Positions 13,052 through 24,269 of a stretch of 64,000 bases of DNA are shown piece after piece. The notes beneath the pieces were generated by a model, which saw only the letters and a program-made list of their open reading frames with translations, had not been told where the DNA came from and did not search any database. The stretch spans positions 4,791,976 through 4,855,975 of the forward strand of contig OZ316897.1 of NCBI GenBank assembly GCA_973895155.1, written 5' to 3'. Position 1 is the stretch's first letter; each line of letters begins with the position of its first letter. The stretch is from Marsupella aquatica. Its lineage: Eukaryota; Plantae; Marchantiophyta. Position numbers and translations under genes: made by a program.

Positions 13052-14350
13052 ATCCCCTGTAACAAGATATAATTAAAATGGGCATGTTATGACCAAAACA
13101 TACCACAAAATGATATAAATCAAAGTTCCCAAATAATGATGACAAGAAACCCAAACCAAAATGACCATAGCAATAAAAAAGGTGCCTTTATGAGACCCGG
13201 GCTCAGCAGTGCCAATAGCTCTTGTGGCTCTAAGATAATTAATGAACCCAATCTGAAAGTATGAGGGAAAAGCTGCAACCATTCCATGTATATGTAAGCA
13301 CAATAATCTGGACCAGACAAGAACAAAAAACCCTATATACATGTCCCCTTTATACATAGTGGCAACCAAAAGTGTTAAGTACATGAAAGGAACACTTTAG
13401 CCGATCATGCAATGTTTACCTTTCAGATGCCCGGGCTCTCACAATGCATATGCATTAGTATCAAATCATCAAAAAGTGCCGCACCCTGCAAGCTATCATA
13501 TATTCCCCTCCTTTGTTAGCAAAACCCATGCCAATCCCCTTTTGATTCATAAACCCAATGAACCTCTCTTAAACCGAAAAGGCTGCAATATAAATCTCAT
13601 GAAACCTTGCTTTGTCTTATCCAAACCTTCAACCCCAAACCGCATCCTACCTATTAAACCTAAATCTGACTTACACACAAACCCAAACCTTTCTTCAACC
13701 CTAGAGACCTTTCTATTTAAAAACCCCAAACCCTAAAACCCTAAACCCAAACCTTACTTATTTCTTGTAAACCAAATCCCACACCTTTATTATTTCTTCT
13801 AAACTAATGTAAACCCAAACCTTAGCCTAAACCAACACCATACATAACCCATTAACCTGAAATCTGCCTAACCCTTCAAACCCGCCTTCAACTATTATCT
13901 AACACCCAAAACATGGCCAAAAAGCATTCCAAATATGAGTATAGAGGGGTCCACTTCACCTTTGAAAAAAACCCTTTCAAATGAAACCAACATTCCCCCA
14001 GGACGAGTTGCCAATGTCTTGCGAAGCCGCTTCCTTCGCAAATACCATCACAAATTAGAATTGAGGTTTGCGAAGCTACTGCTTTCGCAAGACCTTCAGA
14101 AAAACAGAGCCCGAGAGCATTTCTGCGAGAGAGCGAAGGTGTTGCAAAGCCTTTCACGTCGCAATGGTTTCGCAAAATTGAGAAACTATATGCGAAACAA
14201 GAAGAATCGCAACTTGCGAAACGGGTTGCTTTGCAAGTCTTTCCCGCTTGTACTTTTGCACTCGGCCGCGGCGTACTCAGCGGCATTTGACAAATTTCAA
14301 GCATAGGGAGGGAGAAGGGAGCTCGCGCGCGCTTGGGGGGTGGCTTGGCT

Positions 14351-16228
14351 ATGGATTCCAGTGGAGCAAATGGAGGTGATAGGGCAGGGGTGAGTGAGAG
14401 TGGCAATGGGAATGAAGGCAATGGGGAGCAGGAGAGGAATCGATGGACCGATTTGATGGCTGAGCACCTCAATGCAGCACAGTTGAGCCACTTAGATTTG
14501 ACTACACCAGCAGGGATTGCTTCTTTGAGTGCAATCCTTGGGCAAGCCTTGCAAACGGGAGTAGATGCAGGGAACATTGCAAGGGAGGAGGAGCAAAGGA
14601 GTGCAGCTCAACAGAAGGCAAGAGAGAAGAAGCGTAAGAAGGAGGAGAGGGCCAAGGCAGGAGTAGTCTCACTTGTTGCCCTAGAAAAGAAGAGGAGAGA
14701 GGAACGAGATGAGATAAGAGCACAGCGGGAGGAGCAGCGAAAGAAGGAGGAAGAGAGGAAGAAGCTGCCTATGATTGCCTTGATCGAAGGCATTCCTACT
14801 GAACTGGCCTACACCGGGGCAAAGAGCACTATCAGGCTTATGGTGCGCTCCAATTTTGCACGAGGAGTTGAGTGGGGGAAACTCAGCAAGGCAGACCAGA
14901 AGAAAGTAATGAGTCAAATCAAAGATTCATTTCGAAATGGAGCAGAGATTGATGAACAGTGGCTTGCAGATAGAATTTCCAATTCAATGTCTCAAGCACG
15001 GTACCATGATAGGAAGAAGGTAAGGGCCTACCTGGCAAACTTGGAGGAGTATAGAAACGTGAGGAGGCCACTGCAATTCACTGAGGACGTGTGGAATGCC
15101 TTTTACAAAGTGGAGGTGCAGATGAGAGCTGCCAGGAACCTTCTCTTCTGGAAGGAGATGGAAGCCAAGGCACAGAAGGCCGGGAAGTCCGACCGAGAGC
15201 TCAAGGCAATGGCTGAGAAAGTGTCTCACATGCAGCACATTGTGGATGAAGTGGGTGCACCACCCCAAAAATTCATCCTTGCAGTTGAGCGAGTCAGCAA
15301 ACGGCCCAAGACCACGCACAAGATGGGCCAAGGTGGACTTCCCGGCCTCAAAGCACACTTTGTGAGTGGGCCCTCTCCTCTCCTCCCCTGCTTCTGTTTC
15401 CTTGCTTTCAATTGCAATCCAAACCTGCAATGCCCCCCCTGCATACCTCTTGTTTCTTTCTTACGGCCTGCCTTGTACTTTAGGTCACCCTGACACATTG
15501 CGTGCCTTAGAGATTTCTCGGAATTTTTTAAGAACAGAGTTTGCGAAGCTTTTGCGATGCGGGTTGCTTCGCAAATGTTTCGCAAAGTCTATCATGGCAT
15601 TTTTTAAAGTTGTAAATGTGAAGCTATTGCGAAATAACTCGCTTCGCAAACTACTTCGCAAACAGCCAATTTATTTGAATTTGCGAAGTGGGGAGTTTCG
15701 CAAGTGTGTATTATGTTTTAAAAAAACCGCTAAGGGTTATTGAGCCCAGTTTTGTGTTAGGGGGCACCCTATTAGCACCTCCATGCATTTTTCTTGGGTT
15801 TATAGCATATTAACCTCGATCTATTTTGGTTTTGGAATGTTTGGTTGTGGTAGTATAAGAGGTACCGCAGGAAGATAACAGCAAAAGAGATGGAGATAGG
15901 AGCTGCGCATGGAGCCAAACATCTCTTTGACTTGGTTGACGCAGAGTTGGCGACTGTAAGTGCATGTATCCCCTTCAGTTTTTCCCACCCAATCCACTTA
16001 TCTTTTCATTCCGTAAACCTAAACCAATTTGGTGTTGTGCTGTGCAACCAGGATGATGAGGATGCCAGTGATACCAGCAGCACCGATGAGAACAATGAGG
16101 GGACCACGACAAAGGGGCCCAAGGTAGGAGGGAGTAGTGGATCTGGACCAGTAGGAGGAGTTTCCCAGCAGGAGGGGGAGGAAGAGGATGAGGACGAGGA
16201 CGAGGAGGAACCAGATGTGGAGGAGTAG
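14351..16228 (+). CDS. CACTA ORF2, TnpA/Ptta-like protein (multi-exon), divergent from tnpD
   Basis: Long open frame with coiled coil, W..LS...K..V...I...F, P.F.EDVW..F and HKMGQGG (Ptta-like HxxGxxG). Donor at ~15362; later exons ~15854-15955 and ~16052-16228 with an acidic tail. Confidence 0.65.
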
Positions 16229-16569
16229 CCAACACCACCTCCTGTGCCACGTCCGGATCGTCGCAAGAGGGACAAGGGGAAGAGGCCGGCGACAAGGAGT
16301 AGGAGGACCCCATTCTAGAGCTTGGTGGTGTAGTGCCTATGGGATGCCCATTTACTTAGTGTAGTATATAGTTTTGATATGGGTAGTCTTATAGGGACCT
16401 AGCTTGTCATATGACACCCATCTAGGGTTTAGGGTTTAGGAAACCCTAATTTTTGTGTACCTATCAATTTTCTATAAAGCAATTTTGATTCAGACCTCAT
16501 TCTCCGTGTTGGACGACAAGACCCCAACCATAATTCAAAACTCTAAATCTAAACCCTAGCCTCAAGACA

Positions 16570-16991
16570 TCTTGCGAAACCTATGCGAACAACCCAATTC
16601 ACATATTTACCATATTGAAGGTATCGCAAACATTATGCAAACCACATACGTTCACAAAAATGCGAAGCCATGTTCATGGCATAACTACCATTAACTTACT
16701 ATCGCAAACCGATTACCAAACTTCTGGGATTGCAAATATTTAACTGCTTGATTATTATCGCAAGCCTCTCGTGACGCCCACGGAGTCGCTTAAATGTGAG
16801 TCCTTTGCGATTCTATTAGTGTCGCAAGTTGCGAAGGCGTTGCGAAGGTCTTGCAAAAGATCGGATGCGAACCTTTGGGCTTCGCAGTTTGCGATTCTAT
16901 TGTGATGCGCGATACTTCGCAAAGGCGAGTTTTGTTTTTTGATTTCCTTTGTTGTTTGCGATGCTTTCAAGTTCGCAAAAGGTGTGGGTAG
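16570..16991. repeat. CACTA right subterminal TTGCGA/TCGCAA repeats
   Basis: Dense ttgcga/tcgcaa copies next to the right TIR. Confidence 0.8.
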
Positions 16992-17004
16992 TGTTGTAGT
17001 GATT

Positions 17005-17712
17005 TTGGGGGATTGATTCTTGTGGCAAAGATCATTTGTATCAGTGGTTATTCTTACCATTTGGGTTGAAGAATGCACCAGCTGAGTTTTAGAGAGTCAT
17101 GGATCGAATCCTCGCAGGTTTGGATTTTGTCAGATGTTATATTGATGATTTTTTGATCTATTCTTCTATTGTGGAAGAACATCAGCAGCACTTGCAGATT
17201 GTGTTGGAGAGATTGAGGGCACATGGGTTGAAGCTCCATCCTGGCAAGTGTAAGTTCTTCCAAGACCAGATTGAGTATTTGGGCCACACTATATACCCAG
17301 GGGGATTGGGTGTACAGCATACTAAAGTGGAGGCCATTACACAGATTCCTCGTCCTATTGATGTGAGCAGAGTTCGTGCATTCTTGGGATTGGCGAGCTA
17401 CTATAGGAGGTATGTTAAAGGATTTAGCCAGCTTGCTAAACCTTTAACCATACTCACTAAGTTGGATCAAGAATGGACTTGGGGTGATGACCAAGAGCAT
17501 GCCTTTCAGGAGTTGAAGCAAAGGTTGGCATCATCCCCTATTTTGAGAAGACCCATTTCAAGCAGACCATTTTAGCTACACACTGATTGGAGTGGAGTAG
17601 GACTTGGAGCAGTGCTGACTCAAAAAGATGATGAAGGGCATGATTTGTTGTGGCATATGCCAGTAGATCAAACAATTCAGCAGAGGCTAAGTATAGCTCT
17701 TATGAGGGAGAG
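17005..17712 (+). pseudogene. pol: gypsy RT C-terminal part and RNase H start
   Basis: LPFGLKNAP, CYIDDFLIYS, YLGH, FLGLASYYRRY, LHTDWS, YASRS...YSSYEGE. Confidence 0.92.
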
Positions 17713-19198
17713 AGTGGTGGACCTTGCCACCTAGCGCCCTCACCAATCCCAACACTCGCGCCTAAGTGCCCTTGGTGCCCAAACGCCTCCACGGAATACC
17801 TCGAGCAATTACCCAAGTGCCTCTTGCACCACCAACGGCCCCTCCCATACGAAGCCGCACTTGCTCACCTACACGACCGCTACTCAACGATCCTCACCGT
17901 CTGCACAAGCAACCAAGCACTTCGGTAAGTAACCCTTCCGGATCTAGAACTCGCCAAGTCTAGCATCCTAACTCAAGCTCAACAGACGTTGGTAAATAGA
18001 TCAGCGATAGGTCCTCCCGATGCCACAAGCCGGAATCAGAACCCACGCCCACTGTTCGTCCAGAATAGCTCCTTCCTCAGGCGCGGCCGGGGCTCCCCCT
18101 CATACCTATCCATCACCAACTGACCGCCCTGACCTCAGGACATGCTCATGGCCCAAATAGCGTAGCTTGTCCTAAAGCTTGTTCCAAGCTTGTCCCAACA
18201 TGCTGGGACCAGAACGGCCTCGACTCTAGCAGCCGCTCCCGATTTGCCTCACTGATGGTCTAGGGTCCGAGCACTCTTGGAACTCATCCTCCACACCTAC
18301 TCGGCCTTGTTTCCCCAACGCAAGCTCCCTTGGGAGACTGAACGCGGCTTGGCTGCTGTTCGGTAGGATTTGGCAAGCGGGCGAGCTAACACCCGCAAAC
18401 CACAAGAACCCATGGCACCCCCAGACCTAGCTGATCCCAGGAGGGCGTAACCCTCCTCAAGAGCTTTCCAACGCATCCAAGAAGTCCTCCAACGGACTTC
18501 CCGTTGGAAAGATGTCGCCATTTTCGTTTAGCGGTTAGTGTCGCGATCGCCGTGGCTCACGACTTCGGCTCGCCCTAGCCCCCAGGGAGACACCACTCCC
18601 CTCATATATGCTTCTGGAGACCTGAAACCCCGGACCAGCTTTGGTCCCTAAACATTTGGCCCCCAACCCGGATCCCATCGCGCATAATGGGCGCTCCACC
18701 AACTGGCAACGCCTATAACTTTCTTGATAGGCATCCGCAAGCAGAGTGCCTTAGCCCGTTGTGACCGGGCCAACCCAGTGCTCATGCCTAGGCCCTCAGG
18801 TCTGATTGCCGCTTGGGGCCCCCGATCGGCCCAACTTGGATCGGGCCACAACTTGCGCCCCAAGCGTCCGTTGCCAATGGCTTCAACTCCATTGGCCTTG
18901 GGCCCAAGAGGAGCTCGCACTCAAGCCCTCAAAACTCAAAGTCCCTCCGGAGGTCCGGATGGCCATCCTTGAGCCCGGCCCATTTCCCCTTGACCCGACC
19001 AGCCATCGGCTAGTCCAAGTCCTTAGTGTGTGCCCCCAGCTTGGCTCCTTGCCTCGCTAGTGCCATGTCTCATTGCCCACAAGTCTCCCTATGCTAAGTC
19101 CTCCCCGGATGGCCTATCCGGACCAGGACCATAAGGGAGCTTGGCGTCGGAGTCAGCGATGTCGGAGCTAAGTGTTAAGGTAGTCGAGTTTCGTGATT
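17713..19198. mobile_element. 1486-bp GC-rich insertion with 5-bp TSD (possible solo LTR with non-canonical ends)
   Basis: TSD GAGAG at 17708-17712 and 19199-19203. Removing it restores RNase H SSYEGE-CLAAVWAV in frame. Termini AGTGG...TGATT. Confidence 0.8.
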
Positions 19199-19203
19199 GA
19201 GAG

Positions 19204-20916
19204 TGTTTGGCAGCAGTGTGGGCTGTCGCACACTTCCACTGTTACTTGTTTGGTAATCCTTTCACTTTGATCACTGATCACCAGCCTCTCATGTGGTTAA
19301 TGGAGTCTGACAAGCTTACTGGGAAGCTTGCACGATGGGCATTGTTGTTACAAGAGTATGATTTCCACATTGTACATAGACCTGGAAAGGTGAACTTGGA
19401 TGCAGATGGGTTGAGCCGCAACCCATGTACCAGTCAGCAGGATGAGACTGGAGCCAGATGGCATGATGAGTCAAATAAGGAGATGGTGCCAGGATGGCAT
19501 GCATCTATCTTTCTTTGTTGGGTGCCAACATACAGTGGATCTGTGGACTCTACCTCATTGGATGGAGTGGATGATGAGTCTTCAGATGTGGATGTTGGTG
19601 AGGTAACTTCCAAACAGCAAGATATTCATAATGATGTGAGAATATTGGAATATCTGCGCAGTGGTTCTATTGTTGGTAGTGTTGATGCCAAGGAACGTGA
19701 CAAGGTTCTACAGAGAGCAAAGAGGTTTCGATGGGAGGGAAACCATCTTCTGAGAGTACTGCATGATGGTAGGGTGTTGGTGGTACCAAAACCATCACAA
19801 CGAGTACATTTGGTGCGACATGCGCACGAGGAGTTAGGTCACTTTGGTGTGAAGCGCACTTACAACTTGTTGCAGACTCAGTATTGGTGGCGTGGTATGC
19901 ACACTCATGTCTAGCAATTGATAGCTGTGGTATGTGATAGAGTGAGAGCATCATTTAATGCTCTCACTCCCCAGTTGCACCCATTGCCGATCATGGGTTT
20001 GGGATATCGTTGGAGTTTGGATTTTGCTGGTCCATTACCTCTTACCCAATGTCATAATCGGTATGTTTTGGTCATGGTGGAGCACTTCTCCAAGTGGATT
20101 GAGCTAGTGGCGTTGCCAGATAAAGCTAGTGGAGGAGTTGCTGCTACATTTTTGGATCGTGTACTCAGTCATTTTGGAGCACCAGCTGAGGTGTTGACTG
20201 ATCAGGGAACTGGGTTCCATGGAGAGTTTGAGAATTTGTGTGAGCAAGCTCTGATTGATCATCGTACTACCTCTCGTGATGATCCTGATGCAGATGGATT
20301 AGCTAAGAGAGTTATGCAAACTGTGAAGAGAGGATTGCGTAAGTATGGCTTGCAGGTTGGTCATCTGGGAGATTGGGATCTCCAGCTACCTTGGTTAGCT
20401 ATGGGCTACCGTTTCAATTGGCAAGCATCACTTGCATCCTTCTCACCTTACTTTTTGCTCTACGGTAGAGAGCCATATTTGCCAGCGGCTATTCGTCGTG
20501 ATGCTGCATCAGTTGTGACCTTGGATGATTCTGATGTTTGGGTCAAGGTGTGTTCAGAGAGAGCATGGGTATTTCAGAGAGTGATGCCCATGGCTTTTGA
20601 CAATCTTGCCATTGCCCAACATCGTGATACTTTGAGGTATGCCACTATTCATGGAGGAGGTTACCATGCAAGCATTCGATGATTTCATCCTGGTGATTAT
20701 GTTTATTTATAGCAAACAACACCCGTAACACTTGATGTGACTGCAGGCTAGACAATCTTATGTGTACGTGAAGTGTTGCCTTCTGGTGTCCTGATGTTGG
20801 AGGGATGCGATGGTATGGTTTGGAAGGATCATGTGCGCAACTGTGCACCATGTCACCTTCCCAACATTGATGGTACAATAGATCCAAGCTTGGCACATGT
20901 TCGTGCTGGCTTGAAA
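19204..20916 (+). pseudogene. pol: gypsy RNase H end and DDE integrase
   Basis: ITDHQPL, NLDADGLSR. HAHEELGHFG zinc-binding region; SLDFAGP, VEHFSKW, LTDQG, GLAKR (catalytic E apparently changed to K), SPYFLLYGREP. Confidence 0.92.
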
Positions 20917-21057
20917 TGTATGTTGTGTGGATCTGCTCAGGGAGCAGCTACTATGTTGATTTGTGATAAGTGTTCTAGAGGATGGCACATGTCATGTTTA
21001 ACACCACCATTGTAGGTGATTCCTAGTGGATCATGGTTGTGTCCTCAGTGTTGGTGA
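20917..21057 (+). pseudogene. PHD finger at the integrase C-terminus
   Basis: CMLC...MLICDKCSRGWHMSCLTPPL*VIPSGSWLCPQC matches Cys4-His-Cys3. Confidence 0.92.
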
Positions 21058-21221
21058 ATCCGACTAGTTATCAGTTGTGTTCTCTTGGAAGATATGGATT
21101 GCAGGTAGGTGATCGATGGAGCTCACTTGCACCCGGCCTCCTGATCTTCACACCTAAAAAGGTGTATATCAACCTTGTAGAACTCATGGCTAGCTAGAGT
21201 TAGGGGACCTTACTCCCAACT

Positions 21222-21231
21222 AGGGGGGCGA
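21222..21231 (+). other. Polypurine tract of the gypsy element
   Basis: aggggggcga immediately before repeat B1. Confidence 0.75.
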
Positions 21232-21368
21232 TTGTGGGTTTTGGACATGTGAGGACATGAGTTCCACTTGTATTCCATTCTCTCGTGTTTGTGATGTGGC
21301 AGTGTGACTATGTTTGGATGTATGTGATAAGCAATGTATGTTGTGTAGCAATGTGTATGCGCACGACA
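21232..21368 (+). repeat. Direct repeat B1
   Basis: ttgtgggttttggacatg...cacgaca; copy at 21701-21827. Confidence 0.95.
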
Positions 21369-21370
21369 GC

Positions 21371-21700
21371 TGTCACACTATTCTAGGTAGTGTTAGAGTG
21401 TATCATACTATCTAGATCCGTATATTTGGTATGTGTGCTATATGAGCCGATAAGGTTCCATTAGGTTTGTGTGAGAGGGTCGTTCTTTCTTGTGAGGCAT
21501 TGAAAGATTATCTTTCAATGTTGAGCCTTGGAGAGAGAGGAGCTTGTGTGGTGGCTATGGTGGTTGAGAGCTCTCTCTCTATGTAGCGTGGATTCCTTGA
21601 GTGCAAGGTGCGTTGGCTCGACATACATGTGTGATCGGATCGGTGCAGGATCGATGGGGTATTGTTGATCGGGATCGTTGTGCCGATTGTATTGAGATTA
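21371..21700 (+). repeat. Direct repeat A2
   Basis: Copy of 1522-1851, joined to B1 through GACA-gc-TGTC. Confidence 0.95.
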
Positions 21701-21827
21701 TTGTGGGTTTTGGACATGAGTTGCACTTGTATTCCATTCTCTGGTGTTTGTGATGTGGCAGTGTGACTATGTTTGGATGTATGTGACAAGCGATGTATGT
21801 TGTGTAGCGATGTGTATGTGCACGACA
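21701..21827 (+). repeat. Direct repeat B2 (right end of element)
   Basis: Copy of B1 lacking a ~10-bp internal duplication; ends GACA. Confidence 0.95.
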
Positions 21828-22230
21828 ATGAGAAAATTTGTCAAGATGAAAAAAAGATGTCGATGACAGAAAAGATGTTGAGGGTGAGGGAAAGATGTTG
21901 TGGTGAGATAAAGATGTTAAGATGAGAAAATGTTGTCGAGGAGAGACAATATGTTGAGGGTGAGGCAAAGATGTTGTGGTGAGATAAAGATGTCAAGGTG
22001 AGAAAAAGATGGCGAGATGAGAAAACGATAATATGTCAAGGTGAGAAAAAATGTCGATGACAAAAAATGTAAGGGTGAGAATAAGATGTCATGGTAAGAT
22101 AAGGATGTCAATGTGAGAAAAGATGGCAAGGTGATAAAAAGATGGCAAGGCAAGGAAAAGATGTTGAGAAAAAATAAATATGTCAAGCTTAGAAAAAAAT
22201 GTCAAGGCTAGTGAGAAAAAATGTCAAGGC
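21828..22230 (+). repeat. ~19-20 bp degenerate minisatellite (aagatgtcaaggtgagaaa)
   Basis: About 20 degenerate units; one unit also at ~1502-1521, left of the gypsy insertion. Confidence 0.85.
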
Positions 22231-22520
22231 AACACAGGAAATTATAAGCTTTACGATGTTATGTGTGATCCTAGCCATACACTTTTGTGATCGTGTTCAA
22301 TAACCCCATCCATTGCACATAGGAATTTCTTGAGGAATTTGAGACAAGCAACCACATCATCACAGAGTCCAAGCACAATCAAGTAAGAGGAAAACATATA
22401 GGTTTTTTAGCTTTAAATTTCTAGAGAAATAAAAAAATTCTATTTTTAATTTTTTTTCAAAAATTTAAGTGTTTTTTTCCAAAATTTCCAAATTAAATTT
22501 AAATAATTTAAATATGAATG

Positions 22521-22657
22521 TATTATACCCTAACTATGATTGGGTATACTAACTATAGTTAGAATCCATGGTTAACTCTAACCAGAGTTACCATATGTAT
22601 ATATTCTCTCCTTGGAATAGAAGATCATATCATTGTTGGTGTATGTGGTTTGTAACA
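22521..22657 (+). repeat. Bianca 5' LTR (137 bp; starts TA, presumably TG mutated)
   Basis: tattatac...tgtaaca; last 125 bp match 63608-63732. Confidence 0.92.
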
Positions 22658-22670
22658 CGTTATCAGCACG
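22658..22670 (+). other. Primer-binding site of Bianca type
   Basis: cgttatcagcacg directly after the LTR, lacking the usual TGG start, as in Bianca elements. Confidence 0.75.
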
Positions 22671-22918
22671 AGTGTGCTCTTAATTTTTTAAGGGGTCGTT
22701 CAATGTTAAGGCAGTTATACTTGGTAGTTATGCAAATTTGTCAACTTTAATTGGGCATCGTATGCAGGCTTTTTCTTCAGTAAAACATCGTACCCTTAGG
22801 GAATGATAACGGGGATGATTCACTAAATAGATTTCATAACATACATCAATTTGATTCTCATTCGATAGAACTCCACAAACATCCATTCGAAAAACAATTA
22901 GACATTCTTTATATCAGA

Positions 22919-23543
22919 ATGACATCGAACTCCATTGAGAAACTTCTATTCCCAACTTTGCAAATTGATGGCAAGAATTACAACGATTGGTATATAGATG
23001 TGGAGGTACATCTCACGGCAAAACAAATTGAAGAGGCCATACACACAGACATCGGTGTGGATCAATACATAAAGGCACAAGCCTTAGTACTACTAAGACA
23101 TCACTTAGTCGATCCTCTCAAACGCCAGTATAAGACTGTATACAATCCTAGATTACTCTGGGATGCATTGAAATTGAGATTCGAGCATATCACTACAATA
23201 AATCTGCCGAATGCTCTACAGGCTTGGGTTACTCTACGAGTACAAGATTTCAAATCAGTAGATTTATACAACAATGAGATGTTTAGAATCTCAAATGAAC
23301 TCCAAATGTGTGGAGAACCAGTCAGTGATAAACAGCAAATCGAGAAGACATTAGCCACATTCCACCCAACTAACTTGGTGATTTCAAATCAGTACAAGAA
23401 CATGGCTTTTACAACATACTCGGCGCTCATTGCTCATATGCTTTTAGCAGAGCAAAATTCCATCCTCCTTATGAATAATGCAAAGGAAAGACCTCCGGGA
23501 ACACGTCCTGTACAAGCCAAAACTGAAACCAACTTAGTTACAC
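22919..23543 (+). pseudogene. gag: Bianca Gag N-terminal part (continues at 53645)
   Basis: LQIDGKNYNDW, LWDALKLRF, LRVQDFKSVDLYN, IEKTLATF, LLAEQN. Confidence 0.9.
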
Positions 23544-24269
23544 GGGTATAGCAGTGGAGACAGGAAACAGGAAACAGTTTTCCTGTTACCAGGTAATTTC
23601 TCCTGGTAACAGGAAATTGTTATTGTAAATGTGTACTATTTGGCAAAGTTTTTCAAAAATTCACGTAAGGAACAACCACATACTTAAGCTAAAAATATTC
23701 CTACTGGCATAACACACGACGTCAGATATAAGTGAAAGGTGTGCTCACAGTTGCTCGAAGAGGTTCCAATCCCTTGTCACTTCCTCAGATTATAGATAAA
23801 AAAGGGTTGTCATTCAATTCACTGTTGTTTACATACAACAACAGTTCTAAACAGTCCACTTTGGAATGCTTCATTTAGTTCATATACTTCATTAGTGTGT
23901 TTTTAAAAAAGCCAAACCATAAAACCCATGGAGGAATGGAGTATGCTCAGGCGGGACCCACCACAAAGCCAATTATAGTCTGAATTATGTTATCGAAAAC
24001 ATAGGGGTCTGTCAGGCAGAGTGTGAAACTAGCGCCAGGCGCTAACAAAGGATTAAGTATGCAGAATATAGGGACGACAATCAAAGCTTACAGGACCATC
24101 CAATGACACTAACCAGATAAAACAATTTTTTTATAAATAAGTTATTGACCAGCGCCCAACGCTAACCAAAACCACATAAAAAACTAGAGTAATATCCATT
24201 GACTAAAGACAAAACAACATAGTATCCGTTATGGAATACGACAGTTAAGGAAAAATCGAGTCCCTCTAT

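Larger units (their letters stand above)
7288..17001 (-). mobile_element. CACTA (En/Spm) DNA transposon, 9.7 kb
   Basis: TIR CACTACAACA (7288-7297) / TGTTGTAGTG (16992-17001). 3-bp TSD ATT (7285-7287, 17002-17004). Removing it restores RT KTTF-WGID. Confidence 0.97.
1522..21827 (+). mobile_element. Ty3/gypsy-type retrotransposon (gag-PR-C5 MTase-RT-RH-INT-PHD) with split direct repeats; degenerate, two nested insertions
   Basis: Domain order PR-RT-RH-INT. Termini TGTC...GACA, PPT at 21222. Candidate 4-bp TSD gtga (1518-1521) / atga (21828-21831), 1 mismatch. The same minisatellite continues on both flanks. Confidence 0.9.

Noticed and set aside
21100-21185. Possible hammerhead/HDV ribozyme in the gypsy 3' UTR
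   Set aside because: Hairpins are present but the CUGANGA/GAAA core or HDV pseudoknot could not be built.
1522-21827. DIRS/Ngaro/PAT classification because of split repeats
   Set aside because: No tyrosine recombinase found; protease, rve integrase and PPT are present.
21828-22230. CRISPR-like array
   Set aside because: Contiguous degenerate tandem units without unique spacers; eukaryotic context, no cas genes.
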